The notes beneath the pieces were generated by a model. The model was not told the origin of the DNA. It searched no databases and saw only the letters and a list, made by a program, of their open reading frames with translations. A stretch of DNA of 63,377 bases, filler included, from Halocafeteria seosinensis (Eukaryota): the NCBI GenBank assembly GCA_001687465.1. It is 7 parts of 7 records of this genome, joined end to end, with 100 filler letters (N's around TTAATTAATTAA, not from the genome) between each part and the next. Parts side by side here need not be neighbours in the genome. Positions count along the whole stretch, not along the records: positions 1,141 to 23,713 come from LVLI01000008.1; positions 23,814 to 35,504 come from LVLI01000009.1; 5 more parts are not named here. The stretch is one strand, 5' to 3'. Positions 22,522-32,619 of the stretch are shown here, in pieces. The translations under genes and the position numbers were made by a program. Position 1 is the stretch's first letter. Every line of letters starts with the position of its first letter.

Positions 22522-22767
22522 TGTCACCCCCTACATAACAAGGGTAAAAACACCTACCATATAGGGGAGTGACAATGTCAAAAAAATAGGGGGGGGTTGC
22601 TTATATAAAAAACATAATGTGGATATACTCTCTTTTAGTTTTTATATGTATATAATATTATAAATTTTTTGTCATTTTTGTCATTTTTGTCATTTTTTGG
22701 GAGAATATCCCAATTATACTGGGTGTCAGAAAATTTATTTTTTGACACCTTTTTATAATTTCTGTCA
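22522..22767. promoter_or_regulatory. Candidate replication origin: TGTCA/TGACA iterons in AT-rich DNA
   Basis: Nine TGTCA/TGACA pentamers in ~250 bp, including three tandem TTTTTGTCA and an inverted pair at 22724/22743. Confidence 0.45.
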
Positions 22768-22838
22768 CAATAGGTATAATAGAGGTTAAAAGAAATGATG
22801 TAATTAAATAATTCAGTTACCGTTTTTTATGGTTTAAA

Positions 22839-23294
22839 TTAGTAACAGTAAAACCCCTCAGGGTAATTCACTGTCCGCATAATATCCTTAAGTGATGACC
22901 AGCGAATGTTAAAGAAAACCCCAGAACTGTAACGGAGTTTATACTTCCATCCTAAAGCAAGAGCGGAAGCAATAAAAGAACCTTGAGATACACAAGGGTT
23001 ACATGTATAATTAGCATTCATCCACCATTCAACAAGATGTTTTAGACCGTAAGAATCCCATTTTTGAGTAGGGTATTTGGTTGAGGAAATATAATTATGT
23101 TGGAAGAAACGTACAACTTTGACCATTTCTGAAAGTTTTTGATATATTGATTCAGGGTGACTATCGGGTTTAGTACCATTTGCTGTTAAAGAAGGTATTT
23201 TTTCAAGAGCTTTATGGCAAGCTGTTCTAGCCCATTCTAGTTCTTCTTCAGTTGGTTCAAAAGCGGGGGGTGAAAGGTTCATTTTATTATTCAA
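22839..23294 (-). CDS. Conserved hypothetical protein (SYGLKH..VSxGxFIA motif)
   Basis: DSYGLKHLVE..CVSQGSFIASALALGW..FFNI; motif recalled from phage and mobile-element proteins. Confidence 0.6.
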   Translation of the reverse strand: MNNKMNLSPPAFEPTEEELEWARTACHKALEKIPSLTANGTKPDSHPESIYQKLSEMVKVVRFFQHNYISSTKYPTQKWDSYGLKHLVEWWMNANYTCNPCVSQGSFIASALALGWKYKLRYSSGVFFNIRWSSLKDIMRTVNYPEGFYCY

Positions 23295-23472
23295 AAATAG
23301 AAATCATTTTTTTAAGTTTATTTCTTTTATTCTTTTTAAATTTAAAACCTTTTAATCTTCTTAAAATAAAAGATATTTAAAGATACAAAGTAAAAGTGTT
23401 TCAACACAAAGTAACGAACAAAAAGAATGAATTTATTTTATACTTAAAAACTTTTTAATAGAATTGATTATA

Positions 23473-23712
23473 ATGGAAAGTATAAAAAATAAACAGGAGA
23501 TTGAAGAACGTTTAAAAATTATAAGAAAACAGTTAGTTGAAACCGATGATTTATTAAGAAAGATATATCGAAAAACTTATCTAACTCCAACTATTGATGA
23601 TGAAACTGGAGAAATAAAAAAAACATATGTCAAAAAAACAACTTTAAAATTTATGTGTATTGAACATATGTTTCACGATTTAAACTATTTAGAAGATTTA
23701 ATCGGGTTATAA
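23473..23712 (+). CDS. Small virophage hypothetical protein
   Basis: ATG 23473 to TAA 23712 in AT-rich context. Confidence 0.5.
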   Translation: MESIKNKQEIEERLKIIRKQLVETDDLLRKIYRKTYLTPTIDDETGEIKKTYVKKTTLKFMCIEHMFHDLNYLEDLIGL

Positions 23713-23824
23713 TNNNNNNNNNNNNNNNNNNNNNNNNNNNNNNNNNNNNNNNNNNNNTTAATTAATTAANNNNNNNNNNNNNNNNNNNNNNNNNNNNNNN
23801 NNNNNNNNNNNNNAAATTATTAAT

Positions 23825-24658
23825 TTGCTTTCAACAAAGAGTAGTAAGATTATAATTTGGATTCAATCAACCTATTCTGTCAATCTCCAGACGGTAACAC
23901 TAAGAGCGTTGCTAGTTTTGATTGGTGTAATGAAAGATAAGGTAAATTGTGGAGAATGTGAACAATTTTACATAGACTTTTATAAAGCAACTCAACAGAA
24001 AGACCAGACTGAACAAGTCTATCGTCAGTCTCCTGAGATTAAGCCAAAACAAATTGAAGTCTTACCTTCTTGTTTGGTACAGAAATATGACGAACTGAAC
24101 GCTAAGGAACAAGAAAAAGGGTTGGACAATTACGAAATGCTTAGACTTGTAATATTAGCATTTTATCGTCATTTACCACCTTTAAGGGGTCAAGAACTAT
24201 TTGACGCAAAGATTCATAAAGACCCTTATAATATCCCCCCTACCAATGGAAATTATATAGATTTGGTTGAGTTCAAGCTAGTCAATCGTAATCATAAAAC
24301 GCAAAGTTCACATGGAGTTCACACTGTATCATTAAATGTTCCGGAGCTTCAACAAATTATAAATCAATGGGTGGATAAAATAAATTTACAACAAGGGGAT
24401 TGGTTATTAATGAGACCAAGTAACCGTTGTAAACTAGAGTCTAAAGCAATGTTTTATTATCTCAATAAAACGACTGGGTTATCGGTCACTTATCTACGTA
24501 ATTACTATGTTTCTAAGTGGCTGACCATAAACAAGAAGAATGTTAGTGAAGGTAAGATAACACAAGACGAGTTTAAGCAACAAAGAAAGGAATTAGCAGA
24601 AACGATGGGGCACACAGTAGGGACACAGGAGACGATATATAGCAAGTTTGAGGAATAA
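23825..24658 (+). CDS. Tyrosine recombinase (5' end probably lost in the gap)
   Basis: LPPLRGQE (R), NHKT (K), TYLRNYY (R), MGHTVGTQETIY (H, Y). Confidence 0.85.
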   Translation: MLSTKSSKIIIWIQSTYSVNLQTVTLRALLVLIGVMKDKVNCGECEQFYIDFYKATQQKDQTEQVYRQSPEIKPKQIEVLPSCLVQKYDELNAKEQEKGLDNYEMLRLVILAFYRHLPPLRGQELFDAKIHKDPYNIPPTNGNYIDLVEFKLVNRNHKTQSSHGVHTVSLNVPELQQIINQWVDKINLQQGDWLLMRPSNRCKLESKAMFYYLNKTTGLSVTYLRNYYVSKWLTINKKNVSEGKITQDEFKQQRKELAETMGHTVGTQETIYSKFEE

Positions 24659-24814
24659 GGTTGACGAACAATGAACATTAAAAGTTTGTGCGCTAATAGG
24701 TATAATGAAGAATAAAAAGATAAAGGATTATGAAATAGATTTCTCTAAGATAGCCGATAAAGTTGTTAGAATTGCTCAAGTAATATATTTAAATATAATG
24801 GATTATTTGGATGA

Positions 24815-25963
24815 TTAGTTCCGCTTCCGCCTCTTGAAGTCGTCCATTAATTGCTTGAATTCATTGGGTGTGAGGTCTTCCTTGATGTTGTTTTCTGGCT
24901 CAATAGTTGCTTCACTAACGGGAAACCCTACCCATTTTACCTTAAGAAATGTCTTTCTATTTGTGGTGAACTTGTCAAGTATTCGTTCCACTCTAAAGCG
25001 AACGTCAACACGGTCTTTATTCTCAACTCTATTAATTTTTTGAAGCAAGTTTCGTCCATAGAAACCTTTAGCAATTTTTCCTGAATCTTGGTTCTTGATT
25101 CTATAAGCTACTGCTTGAGTATTCTGTTTTGGACGGTTAACTGCGACAATTTCGTACAATTCCATACTCCAATTTATAGGGTCTTTCTGAATCTTTCTCG
25201 GTTCTAAAGCTAGTCTAACAATATCTCCTTTGCTTAAGTTATCCTTATCTTGATTGAGGTTTAAAACCCTGTTTTGTCTAAGATTGGTTTTGACAAAACC
25301 TTGATTTTTGGGTTGAATAGCTTGAAGGGGTGAAAGTTCAGTACTACTATGTTTGCTAGCATTATAATTATTAACTATCTTATTTACTGTTGATTGGTCA
25401 ATGTCGGAACCCACCATTCCAGCTTTTCTTATTGCTCGTTTAAATGTTCCATTAAATCGTTCTACAATTGAATTGGATTGAGGATTTCCAGCGATTGAAA
25501 ACAGTTGCTTTATTCCTTCGGCTTTGAAAAAACTAGAAAGAATTTTATTCTTAAACTCTGAGCCATTGTCAGATAAAATAGTCCTTGGTTTCTTTGGTAA
25601 TCTGTCTAAAATATTTTCAATACCTTCTTTGACAGTTTCGGCGTTCTTATCATTAATAATTTCTACAAAAGCCATTCTAGAAAATACATCAATTATGACT
25701 AAGAAAATGAAATCACCTGAAGATGATAAATCCATTGCCATAATGTTAAAAGGAGCGTTAGCGGTCATACTTCTTGTTCCTCTAGTAGATGGGTTTAATG
25801 GTCTAGTTAATTGATATAAATATTGAGCTCTGAGCCAATCCTCAACTTTCTTTCTAGGAATTTTAAGTCCTTTGGCTTGGGTAATTTCAAAAAGTTTATC
25901 ACGACCAAAAAGATTACCCTCGTCATAATAAACTTTCTCCAATTTTTGTTCGTCAGTTACCAT
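24815..25963 (-). CDS. Retroviral-type (rve) integrase with C-terminal chromodomain, intact
   Basis: AMDL, SDNGSEF, IVERFNGT (D-D-E); FRVERILDK..KVKWVGFPVSEATIEPENNI chromodomain; Polinton/Mavirus-type architecture. Confidence 0.93.
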   Translation of the reverse strand: MVTDEQKLEKVYYDEGNLFGRDKLFEITQAKGLKIPRKKVEDWLRAQYLYQLTRPLNPSTRGTRSMTANAPFNIMAMDLSSSGDFIFLVIIDVFSRMAFVEIINDKNAETVKEGIENILDRLPKKPRTILSDNGSEFKNKILSSFFKAEGIKQLFSIAGNPQSNSIVERFNGTFKRAIRKAGMVGSDIDQSTVNKIVNNYNASKHSSTELSPLQAIQPKNQGFVKTNLRQNRVLNLNQDKDNLSKGDIVRLALEPRKIQKDPINWSMELYEIVAVNRPKQNTQAVAYRIKNQDSGKIAKGFYGRNLLQKINRVENKDRVDVRFRVERILDKFTTNRKTFLKVKWVGFPVSEATIEPENNIKEDLTPNEFKQLMDDFKRRKRN

Positions 25964-26007
25964 ATATTTTATACTAAAAGCAGTATAAAATATTTAATTA
26001 GCTAAAA

Positions 26008-26808
26008 TTAAGCGATTTCGTGAATATACAAACGTCTTTCCTCAACGTTTGACATAGCAGAACTTTCAATTCGGTCATTTGCTCCTGTATTTTTATACAA
26101 CCACATATCGGGACCTTCAACTGAATAAGCCCTTAAATGAACGGAAGAAATATCATTACTGTTCTGTAAATGTTCCAGTTTTATAGGAGCGTAGGTAAGT
26201 TTAACTGTATAATGTGTAGGGTCTTTAGCACCTTCAAAACTAGGCTTTGAAGCACTACTTCGGTCATTTCCAGTTCCTGAAAGTACGTCATCAATGGCTT
26301 CACGGGAACCGGTAGCGTGGTTTAGAAGATATAAACTTCCGGCATCATCTTGTAGCATTAGATAATCTCCTGCCTGACTGCTATTTTCTATGAGCTCAAA
26401 TTGAGTAGCGTTACTGTTAGCATCGGAACCATCTAAATCTTCATCTTGAGCATAAGCACTTACTCTATATTCTGAGCTACCAGAATCCCAAGCGTAATAA
26501 CCGTCATCATCCCCCAGAATAAAGCTTCCAGAAGGAGCCGTTATATCCACCACCAAAGCTTGAAGTAATGCTTCTAAATCTTTATTTCTACCACTATCTA
26601 TATGATTAGATTTGCTATCCACATTGTCAGCACTAGTTTGAGCTGCGGCCGCGTCATTTATTCCTTGTGTAGCGTCAGCCTGAGCTGCGGCAGCGTCATC
26701 TATCCCTTGCTGGGCTTTAGTATCAGCTTGATTAGCCAGTGATTGAGCACCTAGTGCTAAAGCATTGTTATGGAGACTGTAACCCCTCTCAACACTCGTT
26801 CCACTCAT
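26008..26808 (-). CDS. Putative fibre protein (Ala/Gln coiled-coil repeats plus a beta-rich head)
   Basis: AQQGIDDAAAAQ/ATQGINDAAAAQ repeats at the N-terminus. Confidence 0.55.
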   Translation of the reverse strand: MSGTSVERGYSLHNNALALGAQSLANQADTKAQQGIDDAAAAQADATQGINDAAAAQTSADNVDSKSNHIDSGRNKDLEALLQALVVDITAPSGSFILGDDDGYYAWDSGSSEYRVSAYAQDEDLDGSDANSNATQFELIENSSQAGDYLMLQDDAGSLYLLNHATGSREAIDDVLSGTGNDRSSASKPSFEGAKDPTHYTVKLTYAPIKLEHLQNSNDISSVHLRAYSVEGPDMWLYKNTGANDRIESSAMSNVEERRLYIHEIA

Positions 26809-26866
26809 TCTTTTGTTTTATTATATATCTTTGTAAATATAATAAAATTACTTTAGTGATATTGAT

Positions 26867-27145
26867 TTAACCACCTCCCCCTATAGTTGTTCCATCTTCA
26901 AATTCTATAATATAGGTTTCTTTAAGATAATTTACGTAAGTTTCTAGCTCTGTAACTCTGGTTTTTAACTGATTAATTTCGTCCAGTAGCGATGATACCC
27001 CTTCTCCCAACAAATCCACGATTCTTAACTGACCGTCTTGTAGTGTTAATCCACTTCCAAGTTTAATTTTTTGGGTTATTTTATCGGGATGGAAATATTT
27101 TAAATTAATTGTTTGGTCATTGTCAAGTATCTGTGATACACTCAT
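26867..27145 (-). CDS. Small putative structural protein
   Basis: N-terminus MSVSQILD shared with the beta-helix protein; KLGSGLTLQDGQL fibre-like repeat; coiled coil. Confidence 0.65.
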   Translation of the reverse strand: MSVSQILDNDQTINLKYFHPDKITQKIKLGSGLTLQDGQLRIVDLLGEGVSSLLDEINQLKTRVTELETYVNYLKETYIIEFEDGTTIGGGG

Positions 27146-27753
27146 TCCTCTATAAAGTTGTTCTGAAAAGATTTACAAATTTTGGTTTTGTGATGTCGTG
27201 CTAAGTCACTACGACGAACCGACCTGTTACAGAATTTACACTCAACCTTTCTAGATAGTTTCTCTTTATTTTCGTCGCGGTATTGTTTCTTTTTCTCCAA
27301 TATTTGTTCCTTATTATCTTCGTTGTATTGTTTCATCTTTTCCAGTATTTTTTCCCTGTTTTCTTCGTAATATTTCTTATGCCGTTCTTGTTCCTTTTCC
27401 TTATTTTCTTTGCGGTATTGCTCGTTACTTCTAGACGGTACATATTTATTCAAACTAGCTTGTAATTCTTCTAACCAATATCGTTCTCTTTTATCAAGCT
27501 CTAACTTGTTTTTACAAGGGTATTGTTCGAGCAGTATCATTTCCCAATTATCCCATCCCCCATTCTCACGGATAAACTGGTAAACGTAAAGGTTATAATC
27601 CTTGCTTTTAGGATTATAACAATCACTCTTATGTTGACTTTTTCGCTGTTTGAAATTACAGGATGAACCCACGTAACACTCTTTAATATTATTATCTTTA
27701 CATACAATCTTATAACAGATGGCTTTACTGTAATCTACCGGTTTTTTAGGCAT
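27142..27753 (-). CDS. GIY-YIG endonuclease with C-terminal Zn finger
   Basis: ICYKIVCK..CYVGSS..RKSQHK..GGWDNW..RERYWLE; CKFC..RHHKTKIC. Confidence 0.9.
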   Translation of the reverse strand: MPKKPVDYSKAICYKIVCKDNNIKECYVGSSCNFKQRKSQHKSDCYNPKSKDYNLYVYQFIRENGGWDNWEMILLEQYPCKNKLELDKRERYWLEELQASLNKYVPSRSNEQYRKENKEKEQERHKKYYEENREKILEKMKQYNEDNKEQILEKKKQYRDENKEKLSRKVECKFCNRSVRRSDLARHHKTKICKSFQNNFIEE

Positions 27754-27828
27754 CTTTATTAAATTTATTTATACTATTTAAGATATCAATTTCTTTAATA
27801 GTATAATTTAGTAATATTTAGTATTTAA

Positions 27829-29645
27829 TTACTTTAATTTGTTCAGTCCCTGACTGATGGCAAAATCTAGGACTTTCCGACCCATCTTGGAGTTCGCGGC
27901 CGATTTTACCGCGTTCTTTCCTATTTTTCCAAGGGCAGAAGCCCCGTGACTGAGAGAACTAAATACATTCTTCTTTTTACCTCCAACTCTCAGACCAATA
28001 GGCATATCTTCACCAGCAACTGGAGCATCTACGACATCTGCTTCCGTTAAGAAACCAGCAAATATTTGAGAAGTCCCGTTTTCATTATACAGTAATTCCG
28101 AGTCTAAAAAGTTCACTGCTAGCTCCACATTTGGAGGTTGGTATGCTCCGACTTGCCCAACTGAACGTTGGTCATAAGCGGTTACATGAACCTTAAAAGT
28201 TTGTCCTTCTAACAGACCACCAGCTTTTCCAACTGGTAATGTTATATCGTCCCCTAGTGTTAGAATAATTGGACAAGAAACGAGAGGTACTTTGTTACCA
28301 GATTTATCTAAACCAAATCCTCTAAATGTATTCCAAGGAATATCAATGTATTTACGAGCAATATTATACAACGCCCCTTGGTCAAACGTGATAAGTTGAC
28401 TAGTATCATTTCCTACTTGGATTGACAATCCATAAGTAGCGAAAGTGAAATCTGCTTCTTGAGGGTTCATTTGAGAATGAGGAATTCTGAGGTCAATTAC
28501 TAATTTTTGAGGGTAGATTGGCATATTATAGCTCTCACTTTCAAATCTTGTAGTATTAGGATTTTCGGTATTGCCTATAGGAGCATTGAAAGATTCTTGT
28601 AGAGGTGTAACCCTGACATTGTAACGAGTAAGTGGAACAACATTTAAAGAAGGTAAACCTTCAGCTAAATCTTCAGGCGGGTCCATAACTTGATAACGAA
28701 GTTCAGCTCCTTTAAATGGATTTGTTACTTGTTCAGGGAATCCTTCTTGAGTAATACTACGTCCATTGGCACCTACGGAAGCATTACGAGCTAATTTTAA
28801 AGTATTGACAATTGGAAGATTAAGATTCATATTAGAAACACCCCATAAACCGGTACTATCTAAACCATTAGTACCATCAAATAAGAGGGGAGAAATCCAA
28901 GGTGTTTCTTCTAAATGATACTGAACATAGATATCGTAAACTTTGTTTGCTTCGGCACTGGTAACTGGAATACCGTTAATATAATTAACATCTACTCCGT
29001 TATCTCCGGTATAAGTTCCTGGCTGAGCTACAGTACCACCTTGTAGGGGGACACCTTGAGCGTTGGTAAATGAATATGGATAGGCTCCATCTGGTACATG
29101 TTGCGTCTGTAAGCTTGTATTATCTAGACCTGCTAAAGGGGTTACGGATGTACCAATAGCGTCATTATATCGGAGATATGATAAATCAACATTATTTGTA
29201 GTATGAAAACTATTACAGCTATATCATCATCATACAACATTAAATTGAGCATTTTAAATTGTCGGGATAAGTCAATGTTTGTTTGAGCGTTGTTAATACC
29301 CATTCGTGGAGAAGCGAACATTCTATTCATAGCGTGTTCACGCAAAGCAAAACTTTCGGGAGTTAGAATAGGAATATTAGCTGTCGGTGTACCAGCAACC
29401 TGTACTCTAACGTGATAATTTAATTGAGGTATAACTACTCTCATATCACGACGGGTAATAGTTGAAACAGAATTAGGTTGCCAGTCAAATTGGAGTCCCG
29501 ATTTACTGGCTGCAGCATCCCGTTTCTTGAACATTGAATAGTTCCTGACTGAACCCTTAATTGAATATCGGGGCTTAACTGGTGTTGTAACAGCTGGGAA
29601 TGTCTTAACTAATTCAGGTCTAAACTTTTCTTCTAGCAAACTCAT
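27829..29645 (-). pseudogene. Virophage major capsid protein (~605 aa), split by a 1-nt frameshift near 29222
   Basis: After LYDDD a shifted frame reads YSCNSF..YNDAIGTSVTPLAG..VPDGAYP..EETPWISPLLF..GLWGVSNMNLN and joins ORF 27829-28830 without stops; C-terminal LTEADV..RVGG. Confidence 0.9.
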
Positions 29646-29678
29646 TTCTTTATATATAATTTCTCACAATATTTTAAA

Positions 29679-30632
29679 TTATATATACTTATTCTTAAAA
29701 ATTAGGTCTATAGTTCCTGTTGCTTGATTTGGTAATCTAAGAGGTCTTAGTCTTCCTGTGAATCTATCTCTATAAAAGAATTGTAAGTCTAGACTCGTCA
29801 ATGGTTGGTCAGAACCACCAGAAATAGAAAAGAACCTAGGATTATCGGGAACATAAACAAGGTTTTGCTTCCAAGAGAGAGGAGTTGATTTATCAATTGT
29901 AAATTCTGTAATAATATTTGCTCTCGTGTTATGTTGAACAAGATTTTCAGTTCCAACTTTGCTAAACCCGTATTCAACCGGTTTACTTTGTAAAGTAGGT
30001 TCAAGAGCTAATGAACCAGTAGTTGTTACAACTAAACTAGCTACAGGTGACCAATAATTACCTGCGCTTGGGGCTTCTTGAGTCACCTTAGTATACATAT
30101 TTGGATTAGCAGAAGTGCCCAAATTGACGTTATTAAGTCCGAATTTTTCAGATACAACGATTCCATAATTCCGTCCTTGGTCTTTTTTCGGAAATACGAC
30201 TGGGAAATTTTGGAACACATTATAGGAATTTTCGTTGAAATACAATGAACCATCCCAAGCTTCAGGAACATAAATAGAAAATAATTCAGTTGAAGGTTCA
30301 TAAGCAATGAATGGAGGGTCTGAATTTCCCCCAAATATTTGACTGTTAGCGTGATTGATAGCTACATTAAATAGTTCTAGAACCCAGTTGATACTAAATA
30401 TATCATAATAACTGTTCCCAATATCTGTAGGGCTAATGTCAGGTGGGTTCTCTTGTTGTTTCACATTTTGCGGTATATATTGGACTGGTTGCTGGTGAAC
30501 ATTACCTGAACTATCTTCAATCGTAATGCTGTAAATTCCTTCATCTACAGAGTTTACAGTGGTGAAAAAATGAAAAGCAGGAAGGTCGCGAGTTATACCA
30601 TCTAATGAGAATTTTTCCACACCTAATATCAT
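29679..30632 (-). CDS. Virophage penton (minor capsid) protein, probably N-terminally truncated
   Basis: LGVEKFSL..LPAF, PPFIAYEPSTELFSI, WSPVASLVVTT, LVYVP, PLTSLDLQFFYRDRFTG; directly upstream of MCP. Confidence 0.85.
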   Translation of the reverse strand: MILGVEKFSLDGITRDLPAFHFFTTVNSVDEGIYSITIEDSSGNVHQQPVQYIPQNVKQQENPPDISPTDIGNSYYDIFSINWVLELFNVAINHANSQIFGGNSDPPFIAYEPSTELFSIYVPEAWDGSLYFNENSYNVFQNFPVVFPKKDQGRNYGIVVSEKFGLNNVNLGTSANPNMYTKVTQEAPSAGNYWSPVASLVVTTTGSLALEPTLQSKPVEYGFSKVGTENLVQHNTRANIITEFTIDKSTPLSWKQNLVYVPDNPRFFSISGGSDQPLTSLDLQFFYRDRFTGRLRPLRLPNQATGTIDLIFKNKYI

Positions 30633-30634
30633 GT

Positions 30635-31183
30635 TTAACGCCTACTGACAAAAGATTTACAAAATTCGCAAGTTATTTTCTGATTTATATATTCCTTATA
30701 ATTTTCATACCATAGTCTGGTCTGTTCATTATGTTTTTCTTTATTATCTTCGTGGTATTGTTTAAACTGTTCAAGACGTTTTCCCTTATTCTTTTCATAC
30801 CGTTGTTTAGACTGTTCAAGACATTTATCTTTGTTGTTTTCGTAATATTCTTTTTGTTCCCTTGAAGGTACTTGCTTATTTAAAGTTGCTCCTAGAGTTT
30901 CAAGATAATGTCGCTCTCTTTTCGCTAGCTGGTAGCTATTCTCACACGAATATTCTTCAAGCAGTGTCATATTCCAGTTGTCCCAGCCTCCGTTTTCTCT
31001 AATAAATTGATAAACGTAATAATAATATTTTTTATCATTCGGATTTGTACAACTGGTTTTATGTTGTGATTTTCTCTGTTTTAAATTGGTTGTGCTCCCC
31101 ACATAACAATCAGTAACTGAAGGGTTTAAACATGCTAGCTTATAAATTAACCCGTTCTTGTAATCTATCTTCTGTTTTGGCAT
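30635..31183 (-). CDS. Second GIY-YIG endonuclease with truncated Zn finger
   Basis: LIYKL..CYVGSTT..RKSQHK; ends CEFCKSFVSRR* without the distal Zn ligands. Confidence 0.88.
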   Translation of the reverse strand: MPKQKIDYKNGLIYKLACLNPSVTDCYVGSTTNLKQRKSQHKTSCTNPNDKKYYYYVYQFIRENGGWDNWNMTLLEEYSCENSYQLAKRERHYLETLGATLNKQVPSREQKEYYENNKDKCLEQSKQRYEKNKGKRLEQFKQYHEDNKEKHNEQTRLWYENYKEYINQKITCEFCKSFVSRR

Positions 31184-31386
31184 TTAAACTTTATAATACA
31201 TTATGTTTTAATNTTTTTAAATCTAAATTTATATAATTTAGTGAGTTTCTATTTTCATTTTTTAGCAAACACTAACTCAAATTTTAGCTAAAGGAGCTTT
31301 AAGATTCTCAAAAAAGTGAAAACAAACAGTCAAAAAATTAAATTTTAAAAATAAAAAACAAAGATATATAAAATAGAAACAAAGAT

Positions 31387-32247
31387 ATGCCAAAATTAAA
31401 GCAATCAGAAACATACAATGACGAGCAGACAATAGCACTGGTAAGAAAGCTTGAAAATCCAGAGATTGTGGATAATTTTATCAACTATGAGAATCAGAAG
31501 CTAGGAGAGCCAGAACCTACAGAAAACGAAAAAGATATAAAATTAATTGGGGACTATTACTATTGCCCCTTACCTAAAAATGTAAAGAATAGTCATTTTG
31601 TTGCTTATTGTTGCGGTAAAAAAGGAATTGGAAAAACTACTTGTCTTTGTAACTGGATTAATAATTACAAGGTACTAACTGGTAATCCAGTTTATTTAAT
31701 TAGCAGCAAAGAGTCCGACCCGACAATAACGAAAGAATTAGGAGAAGAACCCCCTATAATTAGGGTTCCAATGGAACTGTTCGAAGAACCAGAACTTGAG
31801 GAAGGAGAAGAACCCCCTGAAAATGAATTAGGGTTAAGTCAACCACCGGTTATCAGTGATTTTAGAGATTGTTTAATCTGCTTTGACGACTTCAGTTACG
31901 ACAAAAAGAGCAAAGAAGTTATGCGATTATTAGATTCCTTGCTAGAAAGGGGGAGGGAGCCTAACATTTCAATATTTATGATATTTCACAAGCCAACGGA
32001 CGGGTTAAAAACTAGATTAGCACTGACAGAATCAGATTATTTAATATTTAATCCTGATTCGTTAAGTCCGCATAATTTTAAATATTTTGCTGAAAATTAC
32101 GCCGGTATTTCCGATAAAAAACTGAAAAAAGAAATTAAGAAGATAGATAGATTTATTACTGTCTCTAATAGTCCTTCGTATATTATAACCCCTCAAAGAG
32201 TGTTATTAGTAACTTATTACCTAGTCAAGTTCAAGAAGACTAAATAA
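31387..32247 (+). CDS. FtsK/HerA (A32-like) genome packaging ATPase
   Basis: Walker A GKKGIGKT, Walker B LICFDD, LLERGREPNIS..H motif. Confidence 0.9.
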   Translation: MPKLKQSETYNDEQTIALVRKLENPEIVDNFINYENQKLGEPEPTENEKDIKLIGDYYYCPLPKNVKNSHFVAYCCGKKGIGKTTCLCNWINNYKVLTGNPVYLISSKESDPTITKELGEEPPIIRVPMELFEEPELEEGEEPPENELGLSQPPVISDFRDCLICFDDFSYDKKSKEVMRLLDSLLERGREPNISIFMIFHKPTDGLKTRLALTESDYLIFNPDSLSPHNFKYFAENYAGISDKKLKKEIKKIDRFITVSNSPSYIITPQRVLLVTYYLVKFKKTK

Positions 32248-32274
32248 ATTACAGTTTAGCTAAACTGTAATTTA
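32245..32274. terminator. Perfect 30-bp palindrome between convergent genes (candidate 3'-end hairpin)
   Basis: TAAATTACAGTTTAG/CTAAACTGTAATTTA; similar hairpins at 17907-17938, 25964-25993, 26816-26847 and 27769-27806. Confidence 0.65.
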
Positions 32275-32284
32275 AAATTATAAA

Positions 32285-32602
32285 TTAGTCTCTTTGACTA
32301 GGTGGTTTAATTTTCTTATATTTCTGCTTAGCACTTTCAACTCCTTTTTTGAAAGCTTTTTCTGAAGGTAGCCCTTGTTCTCTAAATTTACGAATTTCAT
32401 CACCAACAAGTAGATTCCATTTACTAACTTCTCGTTTCTTTTCCCCTAGTCCAATGAATCCTTTAGCAAAATCCCCAATTTCTTTTCCAACATTGGCTCC
32501 GCCTTGCTTGCCGAAACCGAAGATAGCTTTTCTAACTTTTCCAGCTACTTTACCTGCTTTCTTTGCTTTTCCTGAACCTCTGTTACCTGCTACTTTGACC
32601 AT
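32285..32602 (-). CDS. Small basic Lys/Gly-rich protein (putative DNA-binding core protein)
   Basis: 105 aa, strongly basic. Confidence 0.65.
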   Translation of the reverse strand: MVKVAGNRGSGKAKKAGKVAGKVRKAIFGFGKQGGANVGKEIGDFAKGFIGLGEKKREVSKWNLLVGDEIRKFREQGLPSEKAFKKGVESAKQKYKKIKPPSQRD

Positions 32603-32619
32603 TTTGTTATTCTATACTC

